Positions 1-21,030 are shown, counted from the stretch's first letter. The stretch: DNA of 64,000 bases from Lingula anatina (GCA_051362555.1 CM120641.1:1550001-1614000); one strand, 5' to 3'. Notes: generated from the sequence alone by a model not told the origin. A program made the numbers and translations.

Positions 1-49
1 TGGGTCGGCCATATTTGACCCTCAGACTAGTTAGTCCCCTATTCTGAAT
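1..49. mobile_element. Fragment of the MITE family seen intact at 39690-39845
   Basis: Near reverse complement of 39696-39744 (...ctagttagtcccctattctgaat). Confidence 0.7.
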
Positions 50-59
50 TATGCCATGC

Positions 60-984
60 ATTAAAATTATATACTGATATTAAGACATGACAAATTATTT
101 TTATTCAACCCGCCCTTATAAAAATTCCCTGTATGAATTAGCATAGGATTTCCTATAGAAATTCCTATAAGATTTCCTATAGGATCCTATAGGAATTTTT
201 GTAATGGTCTTAACATAAATTAAAAATCAAAATCGTATACTGATATTTAAACCAGATTCATTATTTTTCATTCAACACGGCCTTATAAAAATCCCCTATA
301 TGAATTAGCATAGGATTTCCTATAGGTTCCTATAGGAATTCCTATAAGATTTCCTATAGGATCCTATAGGAATTTTTGTAATGGTCTTAACATAAATTAA
401 AAATCAAAATCATATACTGATATTTAAAAAAGATTCATTATTTTTCATTCAACCCGGCCTTATAAAAATTCCCTATATGAATTAGCATAGGCTTTCCTAT
501 AGGTTCCTATAGGAATTCCTATAAGATTTCCTATAGGATCCTATAGGAATTTTTGTAATGGTCTGAACATAAATTCAAAAAAATAATTTCAGCTTCAATG
601 ATTTGGTACAAAAACATTCCTAATGATAAAATATTTCTCCATAAAAGATGACTTTACAAATGATCAATTTTTCAAGATTTCTTTAAAATAGAAATTAAAG
701 AATTTCTATAGAATCCTATAGAAGACTAAAAGATTGTGCATTATAAAAAATAAAAAGCATTTTTGCTTTAATAGTGATACATAATTGACAATTCAACTGC
801 TAAAATTGACCTATATCAAATATCTATTGTTTAGAATGATATTTGTCTATAAGATATGCATTTTTCTCAAGATTTTAACTTGCAACAATTTCCTATAGGA
901 TCCTATAGGAAATCCTATAGGAAATGTGCCCTATAGGATCCTATAAGATTTCCTATAGGATCCTATAGGAAATTTTCGTAAGGG
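60..984. repeat. ~178-bp tandem repeat (about 3 copies) rich in CCTATAGG palindromes, probably a satellite-bearing non-autonomous DNA transposon in a PARG intron
   Basis: Units start near 60, 218 and 396. Repeated TTTCCTATAGGATCCTATAGGAA. The right end GGAAATTTTCGTAAGGG (to 984) is an imperfect inverted match to CCCTTATAAAAATTCC near 114. Confidence 0.7.
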
Positions 985-1243
985 CATATATACTGTTTTG
1001 ATATATTCTTTACTCAAGAAAGCACATATATTCAAGGAAACTGATTGTATACATTAAATTCACTTTTATTTCAATATTTTGACTGAATACTATGCACTTG
1101 GCTTTTATATCAAAAAGTGATATACCTTTTTGTATCTTCATTTACTTAGTAATAAAATAAACATAGCATAAAAAACATATCTGAAATCAGCATTATGTAA
1201 GACTAGCTATGTAAACAATCCCCCATTGAAATGCCTTGTTTAC

Positions 1244-8752
<7,509 letters not shown>

Positions 8753-9167
8753 TTTACTACTCCTGCGACATAAAAGGCAGGTCAGAGTAACACAGCGTAA
8801 GACTGGCCTCTCCGTTTTGACTCTAGAAAATCAATCTTGTATGTTGAAGTAACTAGTTACAGGGCAATCAAGCAATTTAATTGTTCATTCTCTTCTGTTG
8901 GAGCATTGTTGTTTGTCTAATTAGCATTGTAAAATTATAATCTGAATATGCAATCTTATAATTAAATGCTTAAGTCCGTAAACATACAATCTATGGTGTC
9001 GTTACTAGGAAAACATCCATATGGAGCTCATAAGGAAATGGGAAATACGCACGTCTAATGTCATGAAGGGTGCCAAAATTGGTCACACTTTGCTATAAAG
9101 CGAAAGAAATTAACGTCAACATTAACTATCTCCTTCACAAAATTTCACTTTTAAATCACCAACTTAC

Positions 9168-9280
9168 ACCAAAAGAAAGTGGCAGTCAAAATGTTATCAC
9201 GTCAAACAACAAAGAATCATTATACTTCCACTCTATTTACTTACTTTCATTTCGGCATTGCAAAATGCACTCGCAAGATT
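9168..9280 (-). other. PARG: Probable non-coding first exon (5'UTR) of PARG
   Basis: Minus-strand donor GGT|GTAAGT (intron starts 9167). An acceptor (ttttatgtcgcag|) opens the ATG exon at 8762, 10 nt before the ATG. TSS position is approximate. Confidence 0.55.
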
Positions 9281-9378
9281 TGTTAGTTTGTTTGGTCTCA
9301 TAAAGGTCTGTCTTGCGTGAAACTTCGAGAGTAGGAAGTATGTGTCGCCCTCTTTGTCCCTCCATCTTGGAAGCAATC
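9265..9378. promoter_or_regulatory. Bidirectional PARG/RPS24 promoter with TCT/5'TOP initiator
   Basis: Pyrimidine tract CTCTTTGTCCCTCC from ~9350, ETS-like AGGAAGT ~9333, YY1-like CCATCTT at 9362, two TCTCGCGAGA-like words (9269-9278, 9311-9320). This is typical ribosomal-protein promoter content. Confidence 0.65.
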
Positions 9379-11393
9379 ATGGTATGAGCGTACATCATAG
9401 AAAATATCTGTTCGAATCAAACGTTCACAAGCCCATCACACAACAAGAATATCTGAGAGCAGTCCTCAGTAACATTTTAATTGCCTAACTGTTTCAAATG
9501 TAATTAAACCTTGGTTTACTTGTAGCACTTGCACGTTGAAGTTTGAAGTGTCGATCTTACTAGTATTTGATTTGACTGTGAAACATGCCAGAGTTTCTCG
9601 TCAGCTGTAGCATACTTCTCTTTGTCATTATCCTCAAAGCCAGATTCCCACACTGCAGGCGTTCTATAGTTGTCTTTACCCAGAGACTGTGGTTGTTCCT
9701 TATGACAGAAGGCATCGGTCGATCCGATGTGTTTATCATACGGGGATCGTGCATCAAAATTGACTGAACTGCAGTGAAAGACTAACCACTCCACTCGTGT
9801 TATTTGAACCCATTATCCCTGCACCAAATTCTAAATAAATTGAGTTAGTCCTGAGGGAGACTTGTCCATAATAAAAAGAGCAGTGGTATGGAGGCTCTAC
9901 ATCTTGGCACAGTGTGTACATAGAAAAGAAACTAAAGGCACTGCTGTATGTTGCTCTTCAGTTTAAGAATAATACTAGTATTTATTTTTTGGTGGAACTG
10001 CTTTCTTTTACATTAAAGATGAAAATGCTCCTTTCCAGCAACTTTAACATGATTTGATTTTTTTTTTGTTTCATTATAGAGTGAGGGTGCAGCAACTTTG
10101 CGAACGCGCAAGTTCCTGACCAACCGTCTACTATGCCGGCGGCAAATGGTATTTATTGGCCTATCATATTTGTTTTTCCATCATTAGTCAGTAGTGCAGG
10201 TCACTGACATGTAAAGGAAGCAAATTAAGACTTTTGTCCTATACTTGATTGGCTGGTACAATATGTAAAACAGATGTAATTAAATGCACTGAAATTTCCA
10301 TGACATTTGAAGCAAAGATAACATGAGTAAAGTAATTAGAACAATAAACTTGTTTTAAAAGCTTATTCTTGTATTATAGGAAACGCATCTGCAGTTCCTT
10401 AATTTATTTCATCTTATAATTGATTTTGTTGATTTTTCTCCTTAGATTGTGGATGTCCTGCATCCAGGCCGTGCCACAGTGCCTAAGTCCGAGATCCGTG
10501 AAAAGTTGGCACGTATGTACAAGGTGACTCCAGACGTCATCTTTGCTTTCGGATTCAAAGCACAATTTGGAGGTGGAAAAACAACTGGCTTTGCCCTCAT
10601 CTACGACAGCCTGGACTTTGCTAAGAAATTTGAGCCCAGATACAGGCTTATCAGGGTAAAGGAATGGCCGTGTTATTTTGATGATTTTTTTTTTTTTTTT
10701 AGACAATTTAGTATTTAACATATAGAATTGCACTGTGATTTATGGGTAATGAAACAGTATTTGTTTTTGGTAAATGTGTTTTTAAGACATTGTAAGTGTA
10801 AATTTTTAGCTTAATCAACAATTATTGCCTGTGATATTAAATACATTAAATGTCTTTCTTAAGCAGCTACAGGTTATTGGGAAAGGAAAGCAAAAACCTT
10901 TTCCCCATTAACATTTAATTAATCCTACAGAAAAGGTGCTTTTACGAGTCTTGTAAGCATTCAAAAAAAGATATAATTATTTTAATTGCCAAATTTTTAT
11001 TTTAGCTGATATAATACAGAAATTTGATGGATTGAACTTTGATTTAAATTTTAGCATGGTTTAGCTCAGAAAAAACACACTGTGGCCAGAAAACAGAGGA
11101 AAGAACGCAAGAACAGACAGAAGAAAGTGCGTGGTACGAAGAAGGCTAAAGTGGGAGCTGGAAAGAAGGTAGGTTGATATTGAATTTGCCTCACATTAAA
11201 GAAAACAAAGTTAAAGCCAAAAATTACTCTACTTAAATGAACTTACTGAAATGGATATTTTGGATGCTAATAAAAAGCTTTATTATGGCATAGTACAAAG
11301 TTTAAAATAGGATATTATCTTAACCTTTTCATTTAAATTTTCTCAACCTTAGTCTGTATTTTAACTAATTACGGCTATTTCTATTTTCAGTAA
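9379..11393 (+). CDS. RPS24: 40S ribosomal protein S24 (eS24)
   Basis: Exons 9379-9381 (ATG only), 10080-10148, 10446-10655, 11055-11168 and a last exon opening with TAA at 11391-11393. Protein [38 protein letters not shown]...[28 protein letters not shown]...[26 protein letters not shown]. Confidence 0.97.
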
Positions 11394-11461
11394 AACCTCA
11401 GAAGAACAGGTGGAGAAAATCATGGACTTTCTATTTCTATTCAAAATTACAGAAATATGTA

Positions 11462-11467
11462 AATAAA
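11462..11467 (+). terminator. RPS24 polyadenylation signal
   Basis: AATAAA about 70 nt after the stop, followed by a GT/T-rich downstream stretch. Confidence 0.65.
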
Positions 11468-11543
11468 AAAAAGAACATTGAAGAAAATATTTGTTATTGA
11501 TGTTGTTGACATGGATACTTGCTGTAAAATGAACTGCCTGTGT

Positions 11544-11695
11544 AGGCCTGAAGGTGGCAATTTCAAAAGGGTGGTTCTTTTCCTGTAAAAGTGGACCTTT
11601 TACCATAACCTCTGTGAACCTAGATCAAATTTTTCCCAGATCGTACCTTTTCCTGGCAAAAAGGACAGTTCATTTTAATCCCTTGACTATGGGCC
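11544..11695. mobile_element. MITE-like dispersed repeat (AGGCC...GGCC ends)
   Basis: Shares AATTTCAAAAG...GTTCTTTT...TAGATCAAAT...CCCAGA...ACCTTTTCCTG with 55819-56003 and, partially, with ~61474-61540. Confidence 0.6.
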
Positions 11696-13595
11696 AGCTT
11701 TGAGCTTGTTGTGGGGGGGGGGGGGGGGGGGGGGATAAAAAAAAAGTAATTTTCGTGGATAAAATTGAAAATCTTGGAAACCGAGTAGAAAACAATTTAT
11801 CAATCTTCGAACTATGATCATAGAAAGAAACCATGTTTTAATGCCTTTAACACCAATGGTATAAATTGAGCAATGATTTTAGCTGCGCTTACAACGGCTG
11901 TTTTTAAATGGTGCCTAGGTATGTATCCCAGCAGCATTTTGCAGTGGTAACCATATTTGGAAATTGGGAACATCTATCCCTTCAAAACAATACTGCAATG
12001 ACGATTGTCTTTATTTCTCTAGTGTTATGGAATTGCAAAAAGAATTCCTTATTATTAGATCGTAGAAGTAGAGAAAGTATTAGATACATAACTGCAGATA
12101 GATGGATACATGGTTCACTTCTAACACCCACGAAATGTGGCATGTTTTGCTTGCACACTTAAAAAAAAATGGGTGCAAATATGAAATGCAGATTTAACCG
12201 AATAATTGACAGTTTCTTTGGATATTTACCCTGTTTGTCTCCAGCTTAACTCAAAAACTTGGAAGGGTTTCACTGGCTATGTTTTTAATAAACAGCTTCA
12301 TTTGGCAGAAGCTCAAGGAGGGGTGGGGGGGGGGGGGGGGTGAGCAGAGGAGGGGGGCACCTGACTGAACAAGCTCACCTGAGGGGTGATGGGTGGTAAT
12401 ATTTATCACAGCCCTGGCTTCCCTGATGTAGTCCGACTGTCAGCAGACAAAATATTGGTTGGCAAATCGCGTTGGCAAAAGGCGAATGAATTTCCTATAG
12501 CAATTGACAGATTTAACTATTGGTTTATTATGAATTATTAATTTAAAAAGTTGCAGATGGATTTTGATGAAATTTTTAGGGTGAGTCAGGCTAACTTAAA
12601 AGTGATAACATTTAGTTGGGGATCCAGATAACTATCGAAATCCAAAAATCCATTTTTTTTTCTGTGAAATAACACAATTTATCCATGTACAGTCCTTTGC
12701 AGAAGTTCCTCTTTCTGGGTGCTTTTCTTGTTACTTCTTAACTAGTTTTGGTATTCCTATCTTCAATGTGTTGAGTTGTCTTCTCTAACACATTGAGTTG
12801 CACACCCAAGAACAACCAGAGAGAATAGGCTACTTTGTGTATTTATCTTGTTTTCTGTGATATTTTAACCGAATTGAATACTTCCAGGGTGATTTATTCA
12901 TACTTTATGCCTGATAACATAAGAATGTAAGTTAATCCTAGAGCTAACCACATAAAAGCTATTGTGTAACTGTGATGTGATTTGTAATATAATTCATGAT
13001 AAATTTAGAACTGTTATATGTCTGATTTCTTTAATGAAAATTCATATCCCTGTTATCATTTTCAATGTAAGCAGAGGACCATGTGGTTTTTTGTTGAACA
13101 CTCACAATAAAATTCTTGCTTTTAAAGTATATAGAGGCAGATCCAGGATTATTTGAAGGAGGGGTCCGGAACGACAGGCCTGGTATGTGAAGCCGACCAT
13201 CACCTCTTGGAGTGGGGTTCGGGGCCTGCTGAAGGTCCTGAAAATTCTTTGGTGTTTTGGAGAGCAGACGGTGCCCTTTGGCTAGTTAAAAATGTAATTT
13301 CAAGGGGGGAATATTGGTGTGTTATATATTTTTTGGTATACCGTACGCTACAAAGGAAATTTAAGAGATGGTAGGCATAATCATGATTTTTATTATACAA
13401 GTACAATTAAAGAAATTTTCTGATGGTCTACAACAACTCTCTTTCACTAAGTGACTGTTGCTCCAATGAGTTCCTATTCAAAAATGCATCATGGCTCAAC
13501 CCGAGAAAACAGTTACATATGTATCCCTGCTATATGTCGATCACTACATCTAAGAACACAGATAAAATTCTAATATTTAGCAATTACTTACATAC

Positions 13596-13828
13596 CAGGG
13601 GTGGATCCAGGATTATTTGACGGGGGGTCTCCACAGATGCAAAGTGTGGAGTTCGGGGCCTCCTGAAGGGCCCGAAAGATTTTGGTATTTTAGATGGTGA
13701 ACAGTGCCATTTGGTACAGTTTAGAACTATGATTCAGCTAGTCAAAATTCTAATTTCAAGGTTGGGCCATTCGTGCAATTTTTTCAGAAATCGAAGGGGG
13801 GGTCAGGACCCCCCTGAATCTGCCACTG
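13596..13828. mobile_element. CAGGGGCGGATCCAG-type MITE
   Basis: Termini CAGGGGTGGAT...ATCTGCCACTG, flanked by the 5-bp direct repeat CATAC. Truncated relatives at ~13132-13300, ~18240 and 28238-28318. Confidence 0.7.
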
Positions 13829-16800
13829 CATACTGTTGTCAATAAATGCTGATAATCAAATATATGGGTTGAAAGAATTAAGATGGTAGTACAGTGTAAT
13901 CCCATATGCTCACCCTTATACATGTATGTACTGGCTTTTGATTTAACAAGAACACTCATTTAACAGCTAGGCCCACATACAGTGTAAACTGGGTGCCTTG
14001 ATATGCTTATGTAAGATGATTTAAGGGGTTAAAATGAAATCTACACCTGCTTTATAGCATTTAAATGGTGGAAGGATTGATGAGTTTGTTCAAGATAGAT
14101 TCCACCATTTCAGCATCCTTAAGTACCTGCAGTATCCTACGGGCTCCCTATGTGCATTTCCATTTCAATTGATTTTCAATAATGCTTCTTGGCACTTTCC
14201 TATCTTTGCATGCATAGATCCAAGTTTCTTCCATATCTGTATGTCTTTTTAATTTTTGAAATCGATTTATTCATTCATATGTTTGTTCATTTGTAATATT
14301 ATTGGGGGGGGGGGGGGGGTAATATTTTTTCCCATTTAGTCCTCTCACTACATTGAGAATATTGATGATAACATCATAATTGCCCATCAAACTTAAATAT
14401 GATAACAGCAGTCTCTACTTCTACAAACACAATTTTCATCCTTGCATGGACATTTTCTGGGAGGGGCCTTATACGTACCTGTTATACAGTTAAGAAGGTC
14501 TCTTGTGTATAAAGACAAGTTTTTTTTTCATTACAAAATGGCAGATTGGGCCCCTGCCTTTTACCAAAATATTAAATCGTAAAGTTTTAACATTTGCGAT
14601 CAGTGAGCGTGTTATATAATCAGAAAGGGTTACAAGTGGTACGTGCCATTTGTATCTCTACAAAGCTCATCTTTTCTAAGTCAGACCCTAGACCATTCTG
14701 ATATCACTCATGATAATGTTTATTTGGTAAAATTGAGGAAATTAGATCCAAGTTTCATGCTGTTGCCTTGGCTTCCTAACTTGAGCCAATCACATTCCAA
14801 TGTCGTCTTATGGATCAAATTAGGCACAACTAAATTGACTGGAAACAACCTTTTCATAATATGAGTGCAGAAAGCAACGGCACTGTCGGCTGGTAAGTTG
14901 GTCGTGGTCATGTGTGTAATTTCTTTTGAACTGTGTGATGTAGGATTCCTCCTCCTGGAGATGATAGGTATTACTTGGCTTACAGACAAATGCTAGCTGT
15001 TATTTCAGATTTGTTCATAAGTTAATAAGTGGATCACAGATCAATTTGAAGTCATGTTGGGCAGATGGTATTGTAATGCATAACATGCTATCAGTTGAAT
15101 TATGGCATTTCTCATGCTGTTTGTGGCTAGTTACAAGACAATTATCCTAATATGGTTCGTTGTGGTTTTTATTTGTTTTCAGATCAATGTTGGGGTTGGA
15201 GGGGGGGGGGGGTGAAATTAATCCTGCATGCTGAGCACAGGATTGCTATAGAATTTATATAGAGCTGTAGAACCAATTGAGTAGTTAAAACCTATTTTGA
15301 TATAATTCTTATGAATATATAGTGATACAGAAACAGAAGAACATGTCAGAGTGTTCATTCATCTCAGACAACACACTAATCATTATTTTTGTTTGAATTG
15401 GTAAACTAATCTTAAGTAAACAAATCAGCCTTTTTATGCTTTTGTTTACCATAATTATAAAGCGAATAAAATGCATTTGCATGGCAGTATATGTTATGCT
15501 ACAGTGTATCATCAATCATGCATGTAAAGATTTCAATGTTAAGATACCACACATATGAATAGGGATGTATGAATAGGGATCAAAGGCAAGAGAGAAAAAA
15601 CATTACTGAGACAGATTTTGTCTCTTTTTTACTTTGCTGACTAAATCCATTAGTCATTTGAGCTGATGATCTAGATGTTGGTAAAAAGTATGCTATGTAA
15701 TAAAGCATTGTATTACAGTGGGCCATGTGCAGGTCTAGATTGTCTGTCATCACTTCAGCTCTCTCGTTACAGTATATCCTGTCAGAGGAATCATGCAACG
15801 CTGGTTATTAGTATAAAGTGAGTATTTTAATATCTACATTGTTGAATGTTTGTAGAGGATCATCATCACATCATTGGCTATTGTGCTGGTGATAATTTGC
15901 GGAATCTGGAGAATGGGATGTGGATGAGATGTTTACTAGACAGGTGAGGTCATATGTAGACATGTGCACTGAGACATGATTGACTGGTTGGGTTCCAGTT
16001 TGCTGTTTGGTGCTTGATTTTACTGTGACATGAGCTGAGCTGGGTCAGCCAGTGTATATCACCAGGGCACTGCTTTAAATGTCTGATTCAACAGGTGAAT
16101 CCTGACTTGGTATTTGCTGAGTAGGATATGCTATAGAGGTAAGCGTCTGCATCATTTTTTAAATCACAATTTGCTCAGGTTATTTGTCCCCCTTTTGCTG
16201 AAAGATACAATAGCAACAAGCAGCTCTCCTAAGCTAGGTTATTCAACAGACTTCTTAAGTCTGCATCCTTGGCAGATTATTGTGGGTCAATTTTTCACTG
16301 TGCTTAAGTAACTTTGTACATGACACCATTCTGTCCCATGCATGTAGTGTCAGAGGATTGGTTGGTTTAACCAAAACCTATTAAGGGGTCTGGATATCAT
16401 TAAAGGGGGGAGGGGGAGGGATAAACACCAAGCAATCCAACCATGCAACCATGAAGGTGCCATTCTTGAGACCATGCATTCATATGCATACATCCTGAGT
16501 TGAACCTGAAAAAGTAGGAAATGAGCTAATTAAGAAAATAATTTTTCATGGAGGATGATATGGTCCTCATCAATAATGAAACAATTTAGCCAACTTGATA
16601 ATGTGCATTTGGTGTTTGTTCTCCAGCTGCAAAAATGCTTGCAGATATATTGAATACCTAATACATATACAAGTATCTGCATGTGCGTGCAGCGTGGAAG
16701 GTACATAGGATTCGGGAGCAGGGTAAATGGCAGAAAAACTTTACTTAATGTATGTAGGTCAGTGTCATTTTGTGAAATCAAGCAGTGTGACCACAGGGAT

Positions 16801-18777
16801 AATAAATCATTTATTTATGGTAGAGTGAGCTTTTTAGAGACCAGTCGTGCTGTGTATACAGTGTTCATCATCAGATATATGTGTTGGTGTTATTCAGGTA
16901 TCTTGATATGTATTATGCCACGAGGATTAGCAATTGATTAATTGTTGGGTATTGGAAACAAATGCATATTGTAAATAAGTATACTTGTAGGCAGATATGA
17001 GGGGTCCACACTTAATTTTGGCCAGAAAAGGTTCACTCTGGATTGAAATCTGATGTATCAGTTATTATATGTCATTTCTGAAGTTGGGTCAACTTTGTAT
17101 GGGAATAAAAAAGGACTCCACTTTTTCAAGACATGCCCCTCCCCCTTCAGCCCATTTATAATTGCTGGCTCACTAACATGCATAGGTTGACAACATTGTA
17201 TATATTTGAACTGTGGGCCTTTTATCAGGATATTCCTGACGACTATAATTATCCTGCCTGTTTTATGTTTTTCTGCATTAAAGTGCTTTTAGACAAAATC
17301 CCCATCTCGCCGTTTTCAAAACCTCCACTGGGTATTATTTATCAAACCAAACGATGTCATACATTCAGTGCTTGCCCAATCTTGTTATGAACCGAGTGAA
17401 AAGTAGCAGTAAAATGTCTTTTCTTGTGTTAATTTGTGTTATGTGGTTATGGCAGTTGCATAATGAAGTTGTTCGTATCTCTCTTAGGTTGCTTGTACAG
17501 CTGAGCAGGCATTATTTGTAATACATTGTAGTCTTAATTGTCAGTACACTTGCCAAGCAGTCTGAAAGGAATGATAGATATTTTGATGGAGTGGATTTAC
17601 ATAATATTGAGTCATATCTTTTGTCATTTTCTCTGGTGAGAGACGAGATCATGGGCCCATGTTTATACTAATGGCAGAGAGAGATTTTTTTTCAGTTTAT
17701 ATTATATAAGTATTATAATTTTTTCACTAGCTAAAATATGCATGGTAAGTTTTCTGTGCTAACTGTGTTTTGTAATTATAATAGCTATAGTGATTATGAT
17801 TACATTATTATGATGCATCTGACAATTAATGCATTAGGCAAACAGCAAAAAGGTACGGTAAATAAAATTGGAGTGGTCTGTGGTTGATGTATGGCATTGG
17901 GTAGACTTTGGAAGTGCAAGGATATTCGTCTTAAAATATATATATAGGAGGCAAATTATTGGCATGAAGAACACAATAAGAAGTGATTCTTGTTACAATT
18001 AATTTCAGTGCTTTTCTCTTCATTTCCTATAAAATTTCATTCTTTTTATATGTTCAAAAAGAGAGAAGGCAGGTAAAAAAACTTTGGTTTAATTACATGA
18101 AAAACACATTTTTGTGATAAAACATGAATCTAAAATGTTTTGGAGAAAAGATATCAATTTCTTGCCTCTCCTTTCTAATTTAAGAAGCAAAGTACATGAA
18201 GCTTGAAGTTTAATAATCAATTAACCAATGCAGTTAAGTCAGGGGTGGAACCAGGATTATTTTAGGGGGCAGCGCAGATTCGTGGCAAATTTAAAATGTG
18301 CAATAATAATAATTAAAGTAGTATGGACAGTTTTTTGTTGGCCATAGAAAAGTCGCACCGTGTAGCAGGTTCAGTTTTATCTTTTTATCAAGTGCGTTTT
18401 GGGATGCAATTGTGAACCTCTGAGAAAAAAAATCATACAGATTAGTTAAGCACAGGTGATGAAATTAAAAATCAGAAAATAATTTTGCCATCTTTATAAA
18501 GTCTTGTATAAACATTTTTGATTAAAATGTGGTAATTTGTATTTGACAACTGGTGTTTGCTACATCCGATACACAGTTACTGATCAAGAACCTACAGTTG
18601 TCTGTTGTCATGGCATTAATTTTACTAGTGCTTGAATTTCTTGCTAATGTTTCCTCTTAAATGGCCAATTAAGTGATTGTCTCAAGAGACAGATTGCGTT
18701 TGCTCCAGGCCTACATATCGTTACCAAAAATTGCATACTTGAATGAGTATGAAGTCAACATTGCCTTTTTGGTTAAT

Positions 18778-20070
18778 CAAGGATGCAAGGATAATTTAGA
18801 GGTGTGGGTGCAAGGATAATTTGGGGATGTGGGTGCAAGGATAATTTGGAGGTGTGGGTGCAAGGATAATTTGGGGGTGTGGGTGAAAGGATAATTTGGA
18901 GTTGTGGGTGAAAGGATAATTTGGAGCTGTGTGTGCAAGGATAAGTTGGGGGTGTGGGTGCAAGGATAATTTGGAGGTGTGGGTGCAAGGATAATTTGGG
19001 GTATGGGTACAAGGATAATTTGGAGGTGTGGGTGCAAGGATCATTTGGAGGTGTGGGTGCAAGGATCATTTGGAGGTATGGGTACAAGGATAATTTGGAG
19101 GTGTGGGTGCAAGGATCATTTGGAGGTGTGGGTGCAAGGATCATTTGGAGGTGTGGGTGCAATCATCATTTAGAGGTGTGGGTGCAAGGATCATTTGGAG
19201 GTGTGGGTGCAAGGTTTATTTGGGGGTGTGGGTGCAAGCATCATTTGGAGGTGTGGGTGCAAGGATCATTTGGGAGTGTGTGTTGATGGGGTGTGGATGC
19301 AGATATAACTTGGAGGTGTGGGTGCAAGGATAATTTGGGGTGTGGGTGGGGTTTGTGGGTGTAAGGATCATTTGGATGTGTGTGGATGGAACAATTAATT
19401 TTGATGGGGTGTGGATGCAGAGATAATTTGGAGGTGTGGTTAAAAAGATAATTTTGGTGTGTGGAAGAAAATATAATTTGGGGTGTGAGTGCAAGAATAA
19501 TTTGGGGATGTGGGTGCAAGAAAAATTTGGGGGGGGTGGATGCAGGGATAACTTGGAGGTGTGGGAATAAGGATAATTTGGAGGTGTGGGTGCAAGGATC
19601 ATTTGGAGGTGTGGGTGCAAGGATCATTTGGAGGTGTGGGTGCAATCATCATTTAGAGGTGTGGGTGCAAGGATCATTTGGAGGTGTGGGTGCAAGGTTT
19701 ATTTGGGGGTGTGGGTGCAAGCATCATTTGGAGGTGTGGGTGCAAGGATCATTTGGGAGTGTGTGTTGATGGGGTGTGGATGCAGATATAACTTGGAGGT
19801 GTGGGTGCAAGGATAATTTGGGGTGTGGGTGGGGTTTGTGGGTGTAAGGATCATTTGGATGTGTGTGGATGGAACAATTAATTTTGATGGGGTGTGGATG
19901 CAGAGATAATTTGGAGGTGTGGTTAAAAAGATAATTTTGGTGTGTGGAAGAAAATATAATTTGGGGTGTGAGTGCAAGAATAATTTGGGGATGTGGGTGC
20001 AAGAAAAATTTGGGGGGGGGGTGGATGCAGGGATAACTTGGAGGTGTGGGAATAAGGATAATTTGGAGGT
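18778..20070. repeat. 25-bp G-rich minisatellite (GGTGTGGGTGCAAGGATAATTTGGA)n with a 483-bp higher-order duplication
   Basis: Period of 25 read directly (18801, 18826...). Identical ORFs at 19103-19333 and 19586-19816 fix the 483-bp offset. Confidence 0.95.
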
Positions 20071-20887
20071 GCTGGTAGGACATAATAGGCAGAAAAGATT
20101 GTAATTAGCATATATCTACTGATGGCACGGCAGGCAACTCTAGACTCCAGTATCTGTGTGAAATATTAAAGATACATGTTTATGTTGAGTGAGAAATGCC
20201 CTGTAGTGTATATTAATTATAAGTACATGTAAAAAAATTTAAGGCCCAGCAAGTAGCTTATAAGACACGAAGGATACATTCAAGCTTAATTCGGCTAAAT
20301 TGACGTCTGGCACATGAACAGAACAAATGGATCAAAGCATGTTTCAGTTGAAAATTCGCTGTTGAATTATAGATTATATTTTCATGATTGTCTTTTCTCT
20401 GTCTGCAGAGCTTTTGTCTGTCAATTCTTCCTGTTTTTGAAGAATGACTTATCAATATGTTTCTGAGAATCTCACATCACTGAAAAATGTTGAGCTGTTG
20501 AAGGCTTTTCAGTTTCTACTATGAGGACATGTTTTTCCTGCGTCGTCTCTCTCTCTCTGTTCACACTTAGTTAAACTTTTGCATCATGCTGCCACACAAT
20601 ACACTGTATCAATGAATTTGTTAATTTGTTAACATTTGATCCGTCAGTATGAATCCGACTCTGTTCCTTTTTTTTTTTTTTTTTATTCAATGTGCAGTTC
20701 TGATTGAGTAATTCTGACAGTTACCAGACCTGAGATAACATAATTGATTATATAGCCTCTGGCTGAACACTTACATGGGGGATAATAAGTTTGTTTGCTC
20801 AGATGACTTAACTATACAATATAAGATCTGTGAATAGAAAAAGAATTTCTGAATCAGCCTTGGGCTATAGGAGCTTACCACTTATAC

Positions 20888-20974
20888 AGACACACCCACA
20901 CCCTCTCACCCACACACACACACACCCACACACACACATGCACACACACATGCACACACACAGAGTGAGTCTGC

Positions 20975-21009
<35 letters not shown>

Positions 21010-21030
21010 GAGAGAGAAAGAGAGACAGAA
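20888..21030. repeat. Compound (CA)n/(GA)n microsatellite
   Basis: Read directly. Confidence 0.9.

Noticed and set aside
9779-9795. CTAACC word as a possible telomerase RNA template
   Set aside because: It does not extend to a CTAACCCTAA-type template.
18773-20111. Many overlapping Pro/His- or Gly/Trp-rich ORFs, and a superficial CRISPR-like periodicity
   Set aside because: They are translations of a 25-bp minisatellite. There are no unique spacers or cas genes, and the context is eukaryotic.
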